From assembly GCA_963792585.1 (NCBI GenBank), contig CAWBWI010000006.1, positions 160,001-224,000 of the forward strand: a stretch of DNA of 64,000 nucleotides. The letters are read 5' to 3'. The stretch is from Candidatus Eiseniibacteriota bacterium. Its GTDB lineage: Bacteria > Eisenbacteria > RBG-16-71-46 > CAIMUX01 > VGJL01. The notes under the pieces are model-generated. The model had not been told where the DNA came from. It did no database searches and was given only the letters and a program-made list of their open reading frames with translations. The position numbers were made by a program, and so were the translations under genes. Shown here in pieces: positions 42,401 through 51,784 of the stretch (the stretch's first letter is position 1; every line of letters begins with the position of its first letter).

Positions 42401-45400
42401 GACGCGTTCGCATAGATCACGGATCCCGCGAGGCGCCCGTAGACCTGCGCGTCGGCCTCCGTGGCGTTGAGCTGCCGAAGGACCACCTCGCTGTGCGTCC
42501 ACGCCAGGTCGAAGACGCGGTTCGCGAGGCGACGATCGTGATACTTCTCGACGAGACCCACGCAACCTTCGCGGGTCTCTCCAATTCCGAAGACGACATT
42601 CACGGTCACGGATTCCTCAGGATCCAGGACAATTCGATGCCGGATGGAGGCGATCGGATCGAGCACGCACCCGTGGCTCCCGGAGAGCCCGCGCCGGTCC
42701 GTCATGGCGACCGGATCGGCAGGGGTGTTCCCCCGACCGATGAACCGCTGCCGATCGGTTTCATAGGAGGTCTCCCCGACGGTCGCCCCGTGCACGGCCA
42801 TCAGGTGAAACATCCACGGCGACGATTCGTCGACGGAACGAGGGCGGCGGCTGCAGAGGATCGCCTGCCGTTGCGGAAGGATCTCCGTCTGAACGAACAG
42901 GTTGCTGAATGCGGGGTGGAGCGCGTCCGACGCGGACGGGGCCAGGACGACCTCCGTGTAGCTCGTCACCTCGATCTCTCTGCGTTCACGGGAGTGGTTC
43001 GTGATGCGCACGCGGCGGACCTCGACGTCATCCTCCGGAGAGACGGCAACCTCCGTGTGGGTCTCGAGGCCATAGTCGCGGCGGCGGAACTCCGCCCTCG
43101 CCTCCGACAGGATCGCTTCGTAGTACTCCGGCCTCTTGAGCGTCGGCTGATACGCGCTCGACCAGAACCGACCGGTCCGCACGTCGCGGATGTAACAGAA
43201 TGTCCCCCAGTTGTCACACGTGGCGTCCTCGCGCCACCGCGTGAGGGCGAGGTCCTTCCAGCGGCTGTAGCCGCCCCCCGCATTCGTGATCATCACGTGG
43301 TATCTGCCGTTCGATAGCAGTTGCACCTCGGGCACGGGAGTGTCCGGAGTGCCGAGCACGCGCGCCGGGGTCTGAAGGTCCCCGGAAGGCTTCGTGGCGG
43401 CAGATAGCTCGGCCGAGCGGGAATAGAATACCGTGCTCTTCGGCACCCTCTCCTGCAGCAGCAGTGCAGTTGCCCGGAATCCCGGATCCGACTCGAATCG
43501 CCTCTGCATTGGACGATCCAGGATCAGGTAGGCAATCGAGAGCAGGCTCATCCCTTGATGGTGCGCCATGAAGGAACGCACGATGACACTCGACTGTCCG
43601 CGTGAGAGACGGGTGGGCGTGTAGTCGATCGCCTCATAGAAGCCGTATCGTCCCTCACACCCGTTCACGGCGAGCCGTTCGAGGTTCGAGCATGCCTCTT
43701 CCGGCGCCACCATCAGCGCCAGGGCCGAGGCATAGGGTGCAATGACCAGGTCCGCTGCCAACCCTCGCCTGAGACCCAGACCCGGCACCCCGAATGCGAG
43801 GTATTGGTAATTGAGTTGGGCATCAATCGTGTTGTAGCCGGATTCGGAGATTCCCCACGGTACGCGACGCTGCCTGCCATACTCGATCTGCCTCTCGACC
43901 GCCGCTTTGTAGGTCCGATCGAGCAGCGTCTGCTCATGGGTCGGCATCACGAGAAGCGGCATGAGATACTCGAACATCGAGCCGCTCCATGAAAGGAGAA
44001 CGGGCGCTCCGCCGTTGGCGCCAAGTTGGCGTCCTAACGCGAACCACGTTTCTTGCGGAAGCTGCTCCTGCGCGATCCCCACAAAGCTCGCGAATCGCGA
44101 CTCCGACGCCAGAAGATCGTAGTAGCTTTCATCCCGCCGGCGCTGGGTGACGTTGTACCCGACCGCCAGCAGACGGCGGGCCTTGTCGTAGAGGAAGTCG
44201 TACTCCACGTCGGCGAGCTTTTCGGACCGCAGGGCGAGGGCCTCGATTGCCGCAATTCGGGCCGCCGCGCGGTCGCGGGCCCCCGCGATGCCGCTGCGAA
44301 GCGCTTCGAGGCCTTCCGTCTCCGCGGGCCCTGCACCCGAGGCACGCAGCCGCTCGATTTCCTGGAGTCGACCCCCGGCGAGCGTTTCGACTTCTCGAAG
44401 CGTGGGAATCCCCTCCATGCCCTGGATCGCCTCGGCGAGGCTCTGCGGGATCGGCAGCGCCGTCCACGGCGCGAGGGAGTCGAGTTCGTCGAGGGCCGCC
44501 CTGCATTGCCGGCTGAAGGCATTCGCCCAGTACTGGGCCTCAGCGGTCGGCTCATCCTCGTGACCGGCCACAACCTCCCCCATGGAATCGATCAGACGTT
44601 CGAGACACGCCCGGGCCGCCGTGAGGGTCGTGGGCTTCGCATCGCAAAGGGATTCCAGTTCCGCCTGCAGTCGGGTCGGGCGGATCGCATCGGACTTCCG
44701 GTCGGATTCCCCGTCGAATTCCCGATCGGCCTTCATGTGAATTCGGAGTGTGTCGCACAAGCCCTCGAACAACCGGGCGCCCAGGATGCTCTGATCGGGG
44801 ATTTCGAGAAGCCCCGGGCGCAGGGTCAGCAGATGACCCGCCAGGTTTCCGCTGTCCACGGTCGAAATGTAGAGGGGCGGCAGCGGGTCCAACGTCCGGG
44901 TGTCGTACCAGTTGTAGAAGTGGCCCCGGTACCGTTCCATGGCTTCCATCGCGTCGAAGGCGTCGGCGGTGCGTTTGATGAGCTGTCCTGCGGTGATGTA
45001 GCCGAAGTCGTACGCGGAGAGGTTCGAAAGCAGCGCGAGCCCCATGTTCGTCGGCGACGTCCGGTGCGCGATCCTGGGGGCGGCGAGTTCCTGGAAATTG
45101 TCAGGGGGCAACCAGTGGTCTTCGGGCCCGACGAACGTCTCGAAGAACCTCCAGGTCCTGCGCGCGGTCCTTCGGAGGAAGAAGCTCTGGTCGGAAGTCA
45201 GGAGCGGCTCGCGACGGGAGAGTGGACGGCTGATCCACCACGCGATTGCGGGCGCGGCGATCCAGAGCCCCAAGATGGGCCCGGCCACGGGCAGCGCGGA
45301 CGGCTTCACGATCGCCAGGACGACGAACGCTGCGATCGCGACGGCGGGCGCAATACCCATCAGCCGATACGAGGCGCCAATGCTCGTACGGTTGCTATCG

Positions 45401-45417
45401 GATTCCTCAGTCCTCAC
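39493..45417 (-). CDS. ndvB: Cyclic beta-1,2-glucan synthase/phosphorylase (Cgs/NdvB-like), C-terminal part incl. GH94 domain
   Basis: Motifs LPPDNFQE, RTSPTNMG, STVDSGNL, SWSGSMFEYLMP, PWGISES, MAHHQGM, GGAFGFRDQLQD, GDWNDGMN, GVRENGGQYTH and WYTGSAGW. Confidence 0.88.
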   Translation of the reverse strand: MRTEESDSNRTSIGASYRLMGIAPAVAIAAFVVLAIVKPSALPVAGPILGLWIAAPAIAWWISRPLSRREPLLTSDQSFFLRRTARRTWRFFETFVGPEDHWLPPDNFQELAAPRIAHRTSPTNMGLALLSNLSAYDFGYITAGQLIKRTADAFDAMEAMERYRGHFYNWYDTRTLDPLPPLYISTVDSGNLAGHLLTLRPGLLEIPDQSILGARLFEGLCDTLRIHMKADREFDGESDRKSDAIRPTRLQAELESLCDAKPTTLTAARACLERLIDSMGEVVAGHEDEPTAEAQYWANAFSRQCRAALDELDSLAPWTALPIPQSLAEAIQGMEGIPTLREVETLAGGRLQEIERLRASGAGPAETEGLEALRSGIAGARDRAAARIAAIEALALRSEKLADVEYDFLYDKARRLLAVGYNVTQRRRDESYYDLLASESRFASFVGIAQEQLPQETWFALGRQLGANGGAPVLLSWSGSMFEYLMPLLVMPTHEQTLLDRTYKAAVERQIEYGRQRRVPWGISESGYNTIDAQLNYQYLAFGVPGLGLRRGLAADLVIAPYASALALMVAPEEACSNLERLAVNGCEGRYGFYEAIDYTPTRLSRGQSSVIVRSFMAHHQGMSLLSIAYLILDRPMQRRFESDPGFRATALLLQERVPKSTVFYSRSAELSAATKPSGDLQTPARVLGTPDTPVPEVQLLSNGRYHVMITNAGGGYSRWKDLALTRWREDATCDNWGTFCYIRDVRTGRFWSSAYQPTLKRPEYYEAILSEARAEFRRRDYGLETHTEVAVSPEDDVEVRRVRITNHSRERREIEVTSYTEVVLAPSASDALHPAFSNLFVQTEILPQRQAILCSRRPRSVDESSPWMFHLMAVHGATVGETSYETDRQRFIGRGNTPADPVAMTDRRGLSGSHGCVLDPIASIRHRIVLDPEESVTVNVVFGIGETREGCVGLVEKYHDRRLANRVFDLAWTHSEVVLRQLNATEADAQVYGRLAGSVIYANASLRAEPGILIKNHRGQSGLWGYSISGDLPIVLLRIGDPSNIDLVRQLVQAHGYWRLKGLAVDLVIWNEDQAGYRQVLHEQIMGFIAAGIETGASDRSGTILVRSAEQISDEDRILLQSVARAIIIDGRGTLADQMSRPAEGQLPVPRFAMTRASRAAPPGAEQERRELTFFNGLGGFSPDGREYVIKTEQGQTTPAPWVNVLANPQFGTVVSQSGPGYTWSENAQEFRLTPWANDPVSETGGEAFYIRDEETGRFWSPTLLPGPAIGTHICRHGFGYSVFEHAEDGIRSELWIYVAPDSPVKFMALRVLNESGRARRLSVTGYVEWVLGDLRPKSAMHVGTEIDAKTGALFAWNPYNTEFAGRVAFFDADDMSRTISCDRTEFIGRNGTLRSPAAMSRSHLSGKVGVALDPCAAIQVPFDLADGRQRELVFRLGVGQNADDAGKLAERFRGSDAARGALEEVREYWNHTLGAVRIETPEPSLDVMANGWLLYQTLACRIWARTGYYQPGGAFGFRDQLQDAMALVHAEPRLLREQLILCASRQFVEGDVQHWWHPPSGRGVRTHCSDDYLWLPLATSRYVLATGDTGVLEESIPFRVGRPLKAEEDSYYDLPTQSDETASLYDHCVRAIRYGSSVGERDLPLMGSGDWNDGMNMVGAGGKGESVWLAFFRHEVYVRFAELARRRGDLPFAESCGRDAKRMRDSAESAGWDGGWYRRAYFDDGSALGSAENDECQIDSIAQSWSVLSGAGEVARSREAMEALDLRLVRREARLVQLLDPPFDRSALNPGYIKGYPPGVRENGGQYTHAAVWAAMAFAALGDSRRAWDLLGMINPVNHSRTPAETAIYRVEPYVMAADVYAYPPHTGRGGWTWYTGSAGWMYRLIVESLLGLRREGETLRLVPCIPADWKSFKIHYRYRETLYHITILQLPAAEVGAVVTMDGVARTDAGIPLVDDRREHTVEVRIPGSGD

Positions 45418-48196
45418 TGGATGGATTCCACTCGAGAAGTCGCCTGCGCATGATCAGCCGCACGATCGTGCGGGCGATCGCGTCGATGCTGAAGAACGCC
45501 TCGTACGGAAGGCAGACGAGGCTGAATGTCGCCTGGAAGAGGCGACGGCCCGCCGAGCGTACGGTTGAGACGAGGTGCTGCATCAAGGTCGTGTCCTCCG
45601 CCTTCTGAAAGAGATCCAGAATGGAGGCGACGAGAGGAGGGATCATGATGATCCCTACCACCGATAGGGTCCAAAACCATGCGGGCGACAGAACGATCCA
45701 CCCTGCGAGCAACAAGAGGGTCAACGATGGGGGGACGAGGCTGCGCCTGAGGTTGTCGAAGAGCTTCCATATCGACAGCCCCGACATCGGGTTCCTCTCC
45801 GGGCGCCGCCCGGGGCCCGGAACGCGGGGGAAGAGCCACCCCACGAGTTGCCAATCTCCACGGATCCAGCGATGCCGGCGGCTGACGTCCGCGCTGTAAC
45901 GGGAGGGATAGTCCTCGAACAGCTCCACATCGCTCAACAATCCCGATCGGGCATAGCAGCCCTCGAGAAGATCGTGGCTCAGGATTCGATTCTCGGGAAA
46001 GCGCCCGCCGAGCGCCCGCTCGAACGCATCGACGTCGTATATCCCCTTGCCGATGAACGAGCCTTCGTGGAAGAGGTCCTGGTAAACATCCGATACGGCG
46101 CGCGTATATGGGTCGATCCCTGGCTCGCCGCCATAGAGCCGAGCATATCGCGACCGGTTCGTGCCCGGCAGGCTCACCGCCACGCGCGGCTGGAGGATTC
46201 CGTAGCCCTCGGTGACGCGCCGCTTGCTCTCGTCGTACTGGGGACGGTTCAGCGGATGCGCCATTGCCGCGACGAACTGCCGAGCCGCGTCGCGCGGAAG
46301 CTCGGTGTCCGTGTCGAGGGTGATCACGTATCTCACGTTCGCGAGGACGTGGATCCCGCCGACGACGAGCGAGAACGGCTCGGTGGAGCCGCTCTGGAGC
46401 AGGGCATTCAGATCCGTGAGCTTCCCGCGCTTGCGCTCGTGTCCCATCCAGATTCGTTCAGCGGGATTCCAGCTCCGTGGGCGGTGGAAGAGGAAGAAGG
46501 AGCCCCCGTCACCGCGCAGGTACTTCTCGTTGAGTTCCTCGACCCTGTTCCGTGCGTACTGGATGAGGGACTCGTCCTCCGGCATCGTCTGCCGGCGCGC
46601 GTCCGAGAAGTCCGTCAACAGGGCGAAGTGAAGGTGTTCGTCCCGATTGGCAAGGAACCGCACCTCCAGCGCCACCAGCAGTTCATCGATGTTCTCCGGA
46701 CTCGTCATCATGGTCGGGATCACGACGAGCGTGCGCGCCTCCGGCGGAATCCCCGTCGAGAAGTCCATCCGCGGCAGCAGGTGCGGCCTGGCGAGCAGGA
46801 CGGTCAGCCAGTTGACCAAAGCGACGGCCAGCTGGCTCGTACTCAACAAGGAGAGGAGCCCGATCAACGCCCATGGCCAACCGCGCAGCCCTGAGCTTGC
46901 GGCCACCGCGAGCAGCCCCCCCGTAAGGGACGCCGTAGTCAGAACGATCGGGCACAGGTAGGCGATGAGCGGATGCCGGCCCGCGATTCGGCGGAGCGTC
47001 CCCGCGAAGCTCATGCGAGCTTCCGCCAATCGTTGAAGCTCGGGCAGGCCCTTGTCGATCAGGTAGAATCCCACGTGCGCCGATCGAGCGCGGATGCCGT
47101 CGGCGTTTGCGCGGGCCTCCGCGAGATGGACGGCGAGGCGCGCCACCTGCTGCTCGGACGACGGGGAGTGGTCCGCGACGCGCTCCACCGTGTGGCGGTA
47201 CCGATCCCGCGTGCCGAAATCCATTCGGCTGTAGGCGCCGGCTGGGTCCTCTCGCAACGTGGCCTCGACGACACTCATGGTCTCGACGAACTCGCGCCAG
47301 TCCATCGCCCCCAGGAACCGGAGACTGCCGATGCTGTTGCTCATGGAGACCTGATCCGCCGCCTGCTGCTGGTTCTCCGACTGAATCAGCTGCTCGATGG
47401 TCAGGCCGGACTGGGAGAGCCGCTGCTCGATCCAGGTGAGCGGCAGCGCCAGGGCGGAACTCTGGCCCTGAAGGCGGCGGACGAGTTCTGCGACGAACGA
47501 ACTGACCATGGGCGGATTGGAACGCGTCATGTCCGCAACCACGAGGATGAGGTTGTTCGGATCCCGCTCCGCGGTCTCGGTCATCAGGTCGGCCCAGTGG
47601 TCCGCGCGGTTTCTGTCGATCCTGTCCGTGGCGATGCGCGCGGCGACGCGTCGCAGATTCTCGATGAGCGCCAGGCGCAGCATGATCGGGATGGCCCATA
47701 GCTCACCGAGCTTCAGCACGGTGACCGTCTGGTAGGCTGCCACGAAACTGCTCAGATTCTCCGGATCGACCCGTCCATCGCCGTGCGAGATCGTCTCCAG
47801 GGCGATGTCATACACGCGCGGAAGTCCGGAGGACGCCCCTCCGCGCAAGGACGGCAACTTCCGGCTGTAGTCCCTCGGCAGGTGCCGCCTGGCGGTGCGA
47901 ATCTGTTCTTCGATCAGGTAGAAGTTGTCGAGCAGCCACTCGCCGGCCGGCGTGATGCGGCGGTCCGTCCTGACCGCCTCCGTCACGAGAACGCGGGTTT
48001 CCAGCAGGACCCGTTCGTTCTCGTCCAGGCGCGGCAGAAGACGATCCGAAGCCCCACCGAGAGCCGACTCGTGCAACCCGGCCAGGATCTTGCCGTGCAG
48101 CTTCATCTGCTCGGCGCTGAAGAGCTCCGATCGTAGCGGCTGCTCATCGGCGGAGAACCTGCCGGTGGACCGCGGGAATCGTACCGCTGGGACCAT
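45407..48196 (-). CDS. ndvB: Cyclic beta-1,2-glucan synthase (Cgs/NdvB-like), N-terminal part (GT84 region)
   Basis: Motifs EWLLDNFYLIEEQ, GELWAIPIMLR, ERKRGKL, VITLDTDT, GKGIYDV, LSHDLLEG and RRHRWIRGDWQL. Ends at RRLLEWNPSSED, with the continuation in another frame. Confidence 0.88.
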   Translation of the reverse strand: MVPAVRFPRSTGRFSADEQPLRSELFSAEQMKLHGKILAGLHESALGGASDRLLPRLDENERVLLETRVLVTEAVRTDRRITPAGEWLLDNFYLIEEQIRTARRHLPRDYSRKLPSLRGGASSGLPRVYDIALETISHGDGRVDPENLSSFVAAYQTVTVLKLGELWAIPIMLRLALIENLRRVAARIATDRIDRNRADHWADLMTETAERDPNNLILVVADMTRSNPPMVSSFVAELVRRLQGQSSALALPLTWIEQRLSQSGLTIEQLIQSENQQQAADQVSMSNSIGSLRFLGAMDWREFVETMSVVEATLREDPAGAYSRMDFGTRDRYRHTVERVADHSPSSEQQVARLAVHLAEARANADGIRARSAHVGFYLIDKGLPELQRLAEARMSFAGTLRRIAGRHPLIAYLCPIVLTTASLTGGLLAVAASSGLRGWPWALIGLLSLLSTSQLAVALVNWLTVLLARPHLLPRMDFSTGIPPEARTLVVIPTMMTSPENIDELLVALEVRFLANRDEHLHFALLTDFSDARRQTMPEDESLIQYARNRVEELNEKYLRGDGGSFFLFHRPRSWNPAERIWMGHERKRGKLTDLNALLQSGSTEPFSLVVGGIHVLANVRYVITLDTDTELPRDAARQFVAAMAHPLNRPQYDESKRRVTEGYGILQPRVAVSLPGTNRSRYARLYGGEPGIDPYTRAVSDVYQDLFHEGSFIGKGIYDVDAFERALGGRFPENRILSHDLLEGCYARSGLLSDVELFEDYPSRYSADVSRRHRWIRGDWQLVGWLFPRVPGPGRRPERNPMSGLSIWKLFDNLRRSLVPPSLTLLLLAGWIVLSPAWFWTLSVVGIIMIPPLVASILDLFQKAEDTTLMQHLVSTVRSAGRRLFQATFSLVCLPYEAFFSIDAIARTIVRLIMRRRLLEWNPSSED

Positions 48197-48427
48197 GGGG
48201 AGACTCCCGTCGAAGATCCCGGAGGCTAGGAAAGGCCTATGCCGGCGGCGTGAACACGGTTGGGGACGCGCAAGACCCAACTTGCGTCTCCCCCGCAAGC
48301 TAGCGGCAGGCGGCGGCGCGCTCTATGGGCCTTTGGTCCAACAGGGACTCCGGACGGGAAGGTCGGCCGCAAGGAAGGTCAGCAGTCTGGCAAGTCCGCC
48401 ATCTGGAAGGCCAGGTGCAGTGGACGG

Positions 48428-49909
48428 CTACGCGGCGAGCAGCTCCTCCGTGTCGACATCGATCTCTTCAGGTTGCAGCACGCGGATGACCTTCTCTGAG
48501 GAGGGCATCGGGGCCCATATGGCGCCGGGATCGGTCGGCCCGATGCGGTCCCCGTTGGGTCGCATCAGAACTCGGCAGAACGGCCGGGAAGAATCCGCCG
48601 GATTGGGACTGGTGGTGAGGGCCGCATGACCCGTTCCCGTCAAGACGAGCGTGCCGGCCGGGTAGTCGCCCACGGTTCGAACGAGGGCACACACGACTGC
48701 AGGGTCGAACCGCGATCCGCTCAGCCCCTTGACATGTTGCAGACTGTCGAAGGGCGTCCAGGGCCGGCTGCGATAGGCGCGATGGGCTGTGAGCGCATCG
48801 AAGCAGTCGGCGACCGATACGATTCTCGTCGTCGTCGACAGCGGCAGTTTCGCAGCGCTCTTCGGGTAGCCGGAGCCGTCATATGAGATGTGGTGCTGAA
48901 GGCACGCCGCCATGGCGCCCAGCAACAGGCTCGACAACCCGGGCATCCGGGCGATCTGCTTCGCGCCCGCCAGCGGGTGCTGTGCCAGGACCTTCCACTC
49001 ATCCTCGAGGAGAGCGTCCGGCTTCATCAGCACCGCCTCAGGCACTTCGATCTTGCCGATATCGTGGAGGAGCGCCACGACCCCGAGGTCCGCGAGTTCC
49101 ACCCTCTTCAAGCCAAGCGATTGCCCCATCGCCACCGACAGCACACCGACGTTCACGCAGTGATGGAACGTGTACTCGTCGTGTCTCTTGAGCGCCGTCA
49201 GACCGATGAGTGCGTGTTCGTTGCGCACGACCATGTCTACGAGAGGCTGCATCACGCGTCTGGCTTCGCGGAGGTTTGGGTAGCCGGTTCTCTGCGTCCT
49301 CTGGAGAAGCCTCATCGCGCCCGATACGGCGGTGAAGTAGGCTCGCTTCGTCTTCCCCTGTTCCTCGATTTGCGCGGTCCTAACCTCGATGGACGGAACG
49401 CTATCCCCCGCGGCGATGGTGCTGACCGGCACCAGCGTCACCCCTGTGACTCCGGCCCAGCCCATCGTGGACGTCAGCGCCTTCACCCCGACAGGCCCGT
49501 TGGGGACGACGAAGATGGACAGAAAGCAGATGAGATCCCTCTCGGTGAGACCCGTCTGGAAGACGATCCCGCCTAGCTGCCGGCTGTCGAGCAACTCGAT
49601 CAGCATCCGGCTCACGACGGACGGAATGGCCTTGGGAGGCAGCCGAACGCCGTTGAGATAGAAATACTCATCCACCGTCGCGAGGACCACTTCCCCTTCC
49701 TCGCGGGACAGGTCCCTGATGATCTCGACGAACGCGGGTATGGCCCTCTGAAAGGCAACATTCGTGACCTGGTGCGTGCGCGCGATCCGCATCATCGCCG
49801 CCAGCTGCACGAGAATGGCGACCCCTCGCTCCTGAATGCGCGATTCCCGATCCTGCGTCACTGGCTGAGAAGGAACGGCGCCGACACGGTCCCCGTTTGC
49901 ATCAGGCAT
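48428..49909 (-). CDS. HD-GYP domain cyclic dinucleotide phosphodiesterase
   Basis: Motifs HDEYTFHHCVNV, ALLHDIGK, QHHISYDGSGYP, VADCFDALT..RAYR and FDPAVV. Confidence 0.9.
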   Translation of the reverse strand: MPDANGDRVGAVPSQPVTQDRESRIQERGVAILVQLAAMMRIARTHQVTNVAFQRAIPAFVEIIRDLSREEGEVVLATVDEYFYLNGVRLPPKAIPSVVSRMLIELLDSRQLGGIVFQTGLTERDLICFLSIFVVPNGPVGVKALTSTMGWAGVTGVTLVPVSTIAAGDSVPSIEVRTAQIEEQGKTKRAYFTAVSGAMRLLQRTQRTGYPNLREARRVMQPLVDMVVRNEHALIGLTALKRHDEYTFHHCVNVGVLSVAMGQSLGLKRVELADLGVVALLHDIGKIEVPEAVLMKPDALLEDEWKVLAQHPLAGAKQIARMPGLSSLLLGAMAACLQHHISYDGSGYPKSAAKLPLSTTTRIVSVADCFDALTAHRAYRSRPWTPFDSLQHVKGLSGSRFDPAVVCALVRTVGDYPAGTLVLTGTGHAALTTSPNPADSSRPFCRVLMRPNGDRIGPTDPGAIWAPMPSSEKVIRVLQPEEIDVDTEELLAA

Positions 49910-51689
49910 TCTTGCTCAACCTCGCGAGCGCGTCGACACACGCTTTCTTGACACTGCCCTGCCATGCATGCGTTCCGCGCTCCAGAATGGCCCTCGCCTG
50001 CGGGGTGCCGATCTGTGCGAGGCATATCGCCAGGAGGTCGCTATCCGTCGTCTGGCTTCGGGCGAAGAGCTTCCCCTTGAGGAGCTGCGTCTCGAGTACC
50101 GGCAGGGTCTCCTCGTTGGCCGTCGCGCTGATGGCGGCGAGGATCGCGCCCTTCTCCTCCGGAGGGCGCCGGGGAAAATCCGGGGCCGTCAGGTACCCTG
50201 CGAGCTTCCGGCTGACCTCCGGATCGCGATCCAGCGATAGGGCTTCGAGAACCATGGGAAAGATCCCGGCGCATTCATCCGCCAGCATCTGGAGGAGCAG
50301 CGGACGCGCCGCGCGCGGGGCCACGCCCTTGAGGGCGATGACCACCTGCCGCTTGACGCGATAGTCCCGATGGTGGATCACCGTACGCAACAACTCGACG
50401 GGACGGTCCCCACCGATCATCCCGAGCACATAGATTACGTTTCGCACCACGTACCAGCGCGGGTCCGAAGCCCAAGGTTCGAGGCGAAGCGGATCTTCCC
50501 GACAGTGATCTGCCACCGCCTGGGCGAATATCCTTCGATTGCGCCGCTCCTGGCTCTCCGCCATGGCGACCATGAGCCAGTTCAATGCCTCACGACCCAG
50601 CGATCCCGTGAACAGGACGAAGTCATTGACCTCCGCCGCGGATTGCCCGTCGAGACGCTTCACGAGATCCTGCATGGAGACGGATCCCTGAAGGTGCCGG
50701 CTGACGCTCTCACTCGAGCTCTGGAGACCGCGAAGACGGTGGTGCATCTTCATGCATGCGAGAGCCTCCGTCCACGAACCCAAGACGACGGCCTCTCTCA
50801 AGAGGCGCGTGAGGAACTGCTCGAAGACTCCGGCTTCGGAAACCGTCCTGCACCCGGCAAAGCACGATTCCGTGATGGCGATGGCGTTCCCGAGGAGCGG
50901 CGCACCCTGCTCCTTCTCGCGTTCTTCCAGGAATCGTCGCGCTTCCGCCGGCCACTGCGTATCCACGATGACAGGCGCTCCCGGCCTTGGCGCGTTCGAG
51001 TCGGAAGTGACCCAATCGTCCGATCGACCCAGGCGACCGCCCGGCTCCTCGCCTCCCTTGGTTCGCTCCGCGCCCGCGCTGATCGCCGCGCCATCCATCG
51101 AGGCGCCTCGGGCGGGCCATGGCAAGAACGACCCGGGCTCCACGGGGGGCAAATCGGATTCCTCGAGGAGTTCGCCCTCCAGCGGAATGACGTCGATATC
51201 GATGTGGGGGAGGTCCGCATCCCAGAGCATGGTGACGAGGTCGTTCTCGTCGTTGCCACGCGTGCCCGACAGCACGATGGCGTCCAGGAGGCCCACGAGT
51301 TCCCTTTGCTCAATGCCCGGGCTGAAACAGACGGCGCGGACCCCATCGCGGTGGAAGACAACGGCGAGCGTCTCCTTCACATCCTGTTCCGCGACGAGGG
51401 GCTGCTGCTCGAGCAGGATATCCTGAGCCGTGAACTGCAGGATGAGGGGGCCGTGCCTGTCCAACAGGAGGCGGAGGGCGTCGGTGAGTTCCCCGCAGAA
51501 GCGGTCCGCGATCGAGCCCTGTCCCTTGTAGAGGCGCCAGTTCTTGAGCGTCTTGCCGAGCGCGTTGATCCACAGGGATGCGGATCGCGGCAGTTCGCCC
51601 GAGGAGACGGAGGAGCAAGAGGGGACAGAGGAAGTCGCGAGACGACCGATCTTCGGGTCATCGATCTTGCTTTGCGGGTGGCTGGACAT
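49902..51689 (-). CDS. HEAT-repeat protein partnered with HD-GYP gene
   Basis: N-terminal 'KTLKNWRLY...FHRDGVRAVCFSPGI...DLVTMLWDADLPHI' and C-terminal HEAT repeats (DPRWYVVRNVIYVLG, DYRVKRQV). Its stop overlaps the HD-GYP start. Confidence 0.8.
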   Translation of the reverse strand: MSSHPQSKIDDPKIGRLATSSVPSCSSVSSGELPRSASLWINALGKTLKNWRLYKGQGSIADRFCGELTDALRLLLDRHGPLILQFTAQDILLEQQPLVAEQDVKETLAVVFHRDGVRAVCFSPGIEQRELVGLLDAIVLSGTRGNDENDLVTMLWDADLPHIDIDVIPLEGELLEESDLPPVEPGSFLPWPARGASMDGAAISAGAERTKGGEEPGGRLGRSDDWVTSDSNAPRPGAPVIVDTQWPAEARRFLEEREKEQGAPLLGNAIAITESCFAGCRTVSEAGVFEQFLTRLLREAVVLGSWTEALACMKMHHRLRGLQSSSESVSRHLQGSVSMQDLVKRLDGQSAAEVNDFVLFTGSLGREALNWLMVAMAESQERRNRRIFAQAVADHCREDPLRLEPWASDPRWYVVRNVIYVLGMIGGDRPVELLRTVIHHRDYRVKRQVVIALKGVAPRAARPLLLQMLADECAGIFPMVLEALSLDRDPEVSRKLAGYLTAPDFPRRPPEEKGAILAAISATANEETLPVLETQLLKGKLFARSQTTDSDLLAICLAQIGTPQARAILERGTHAWQGSVKKACVDALARLSKNA

Positions 51690-51784
51690 ACCGCGTACCT
51701 CTGCCCCCTCGGAGCCGGCTCCTGGGCTGGGATTGAACCGAAATGTTCCTACATATCTGATATCGACCCCGCAGGAGGCGCGGA

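Noticed and set aside
45407..45409. TGA ending the first glucan-synthase ORF as a possible selenocysteine codon
   Set aside because: Readthrough hits TAG four codons later, the homologous sequence continues in a different frame, and no SECIS-like hairpin follows.
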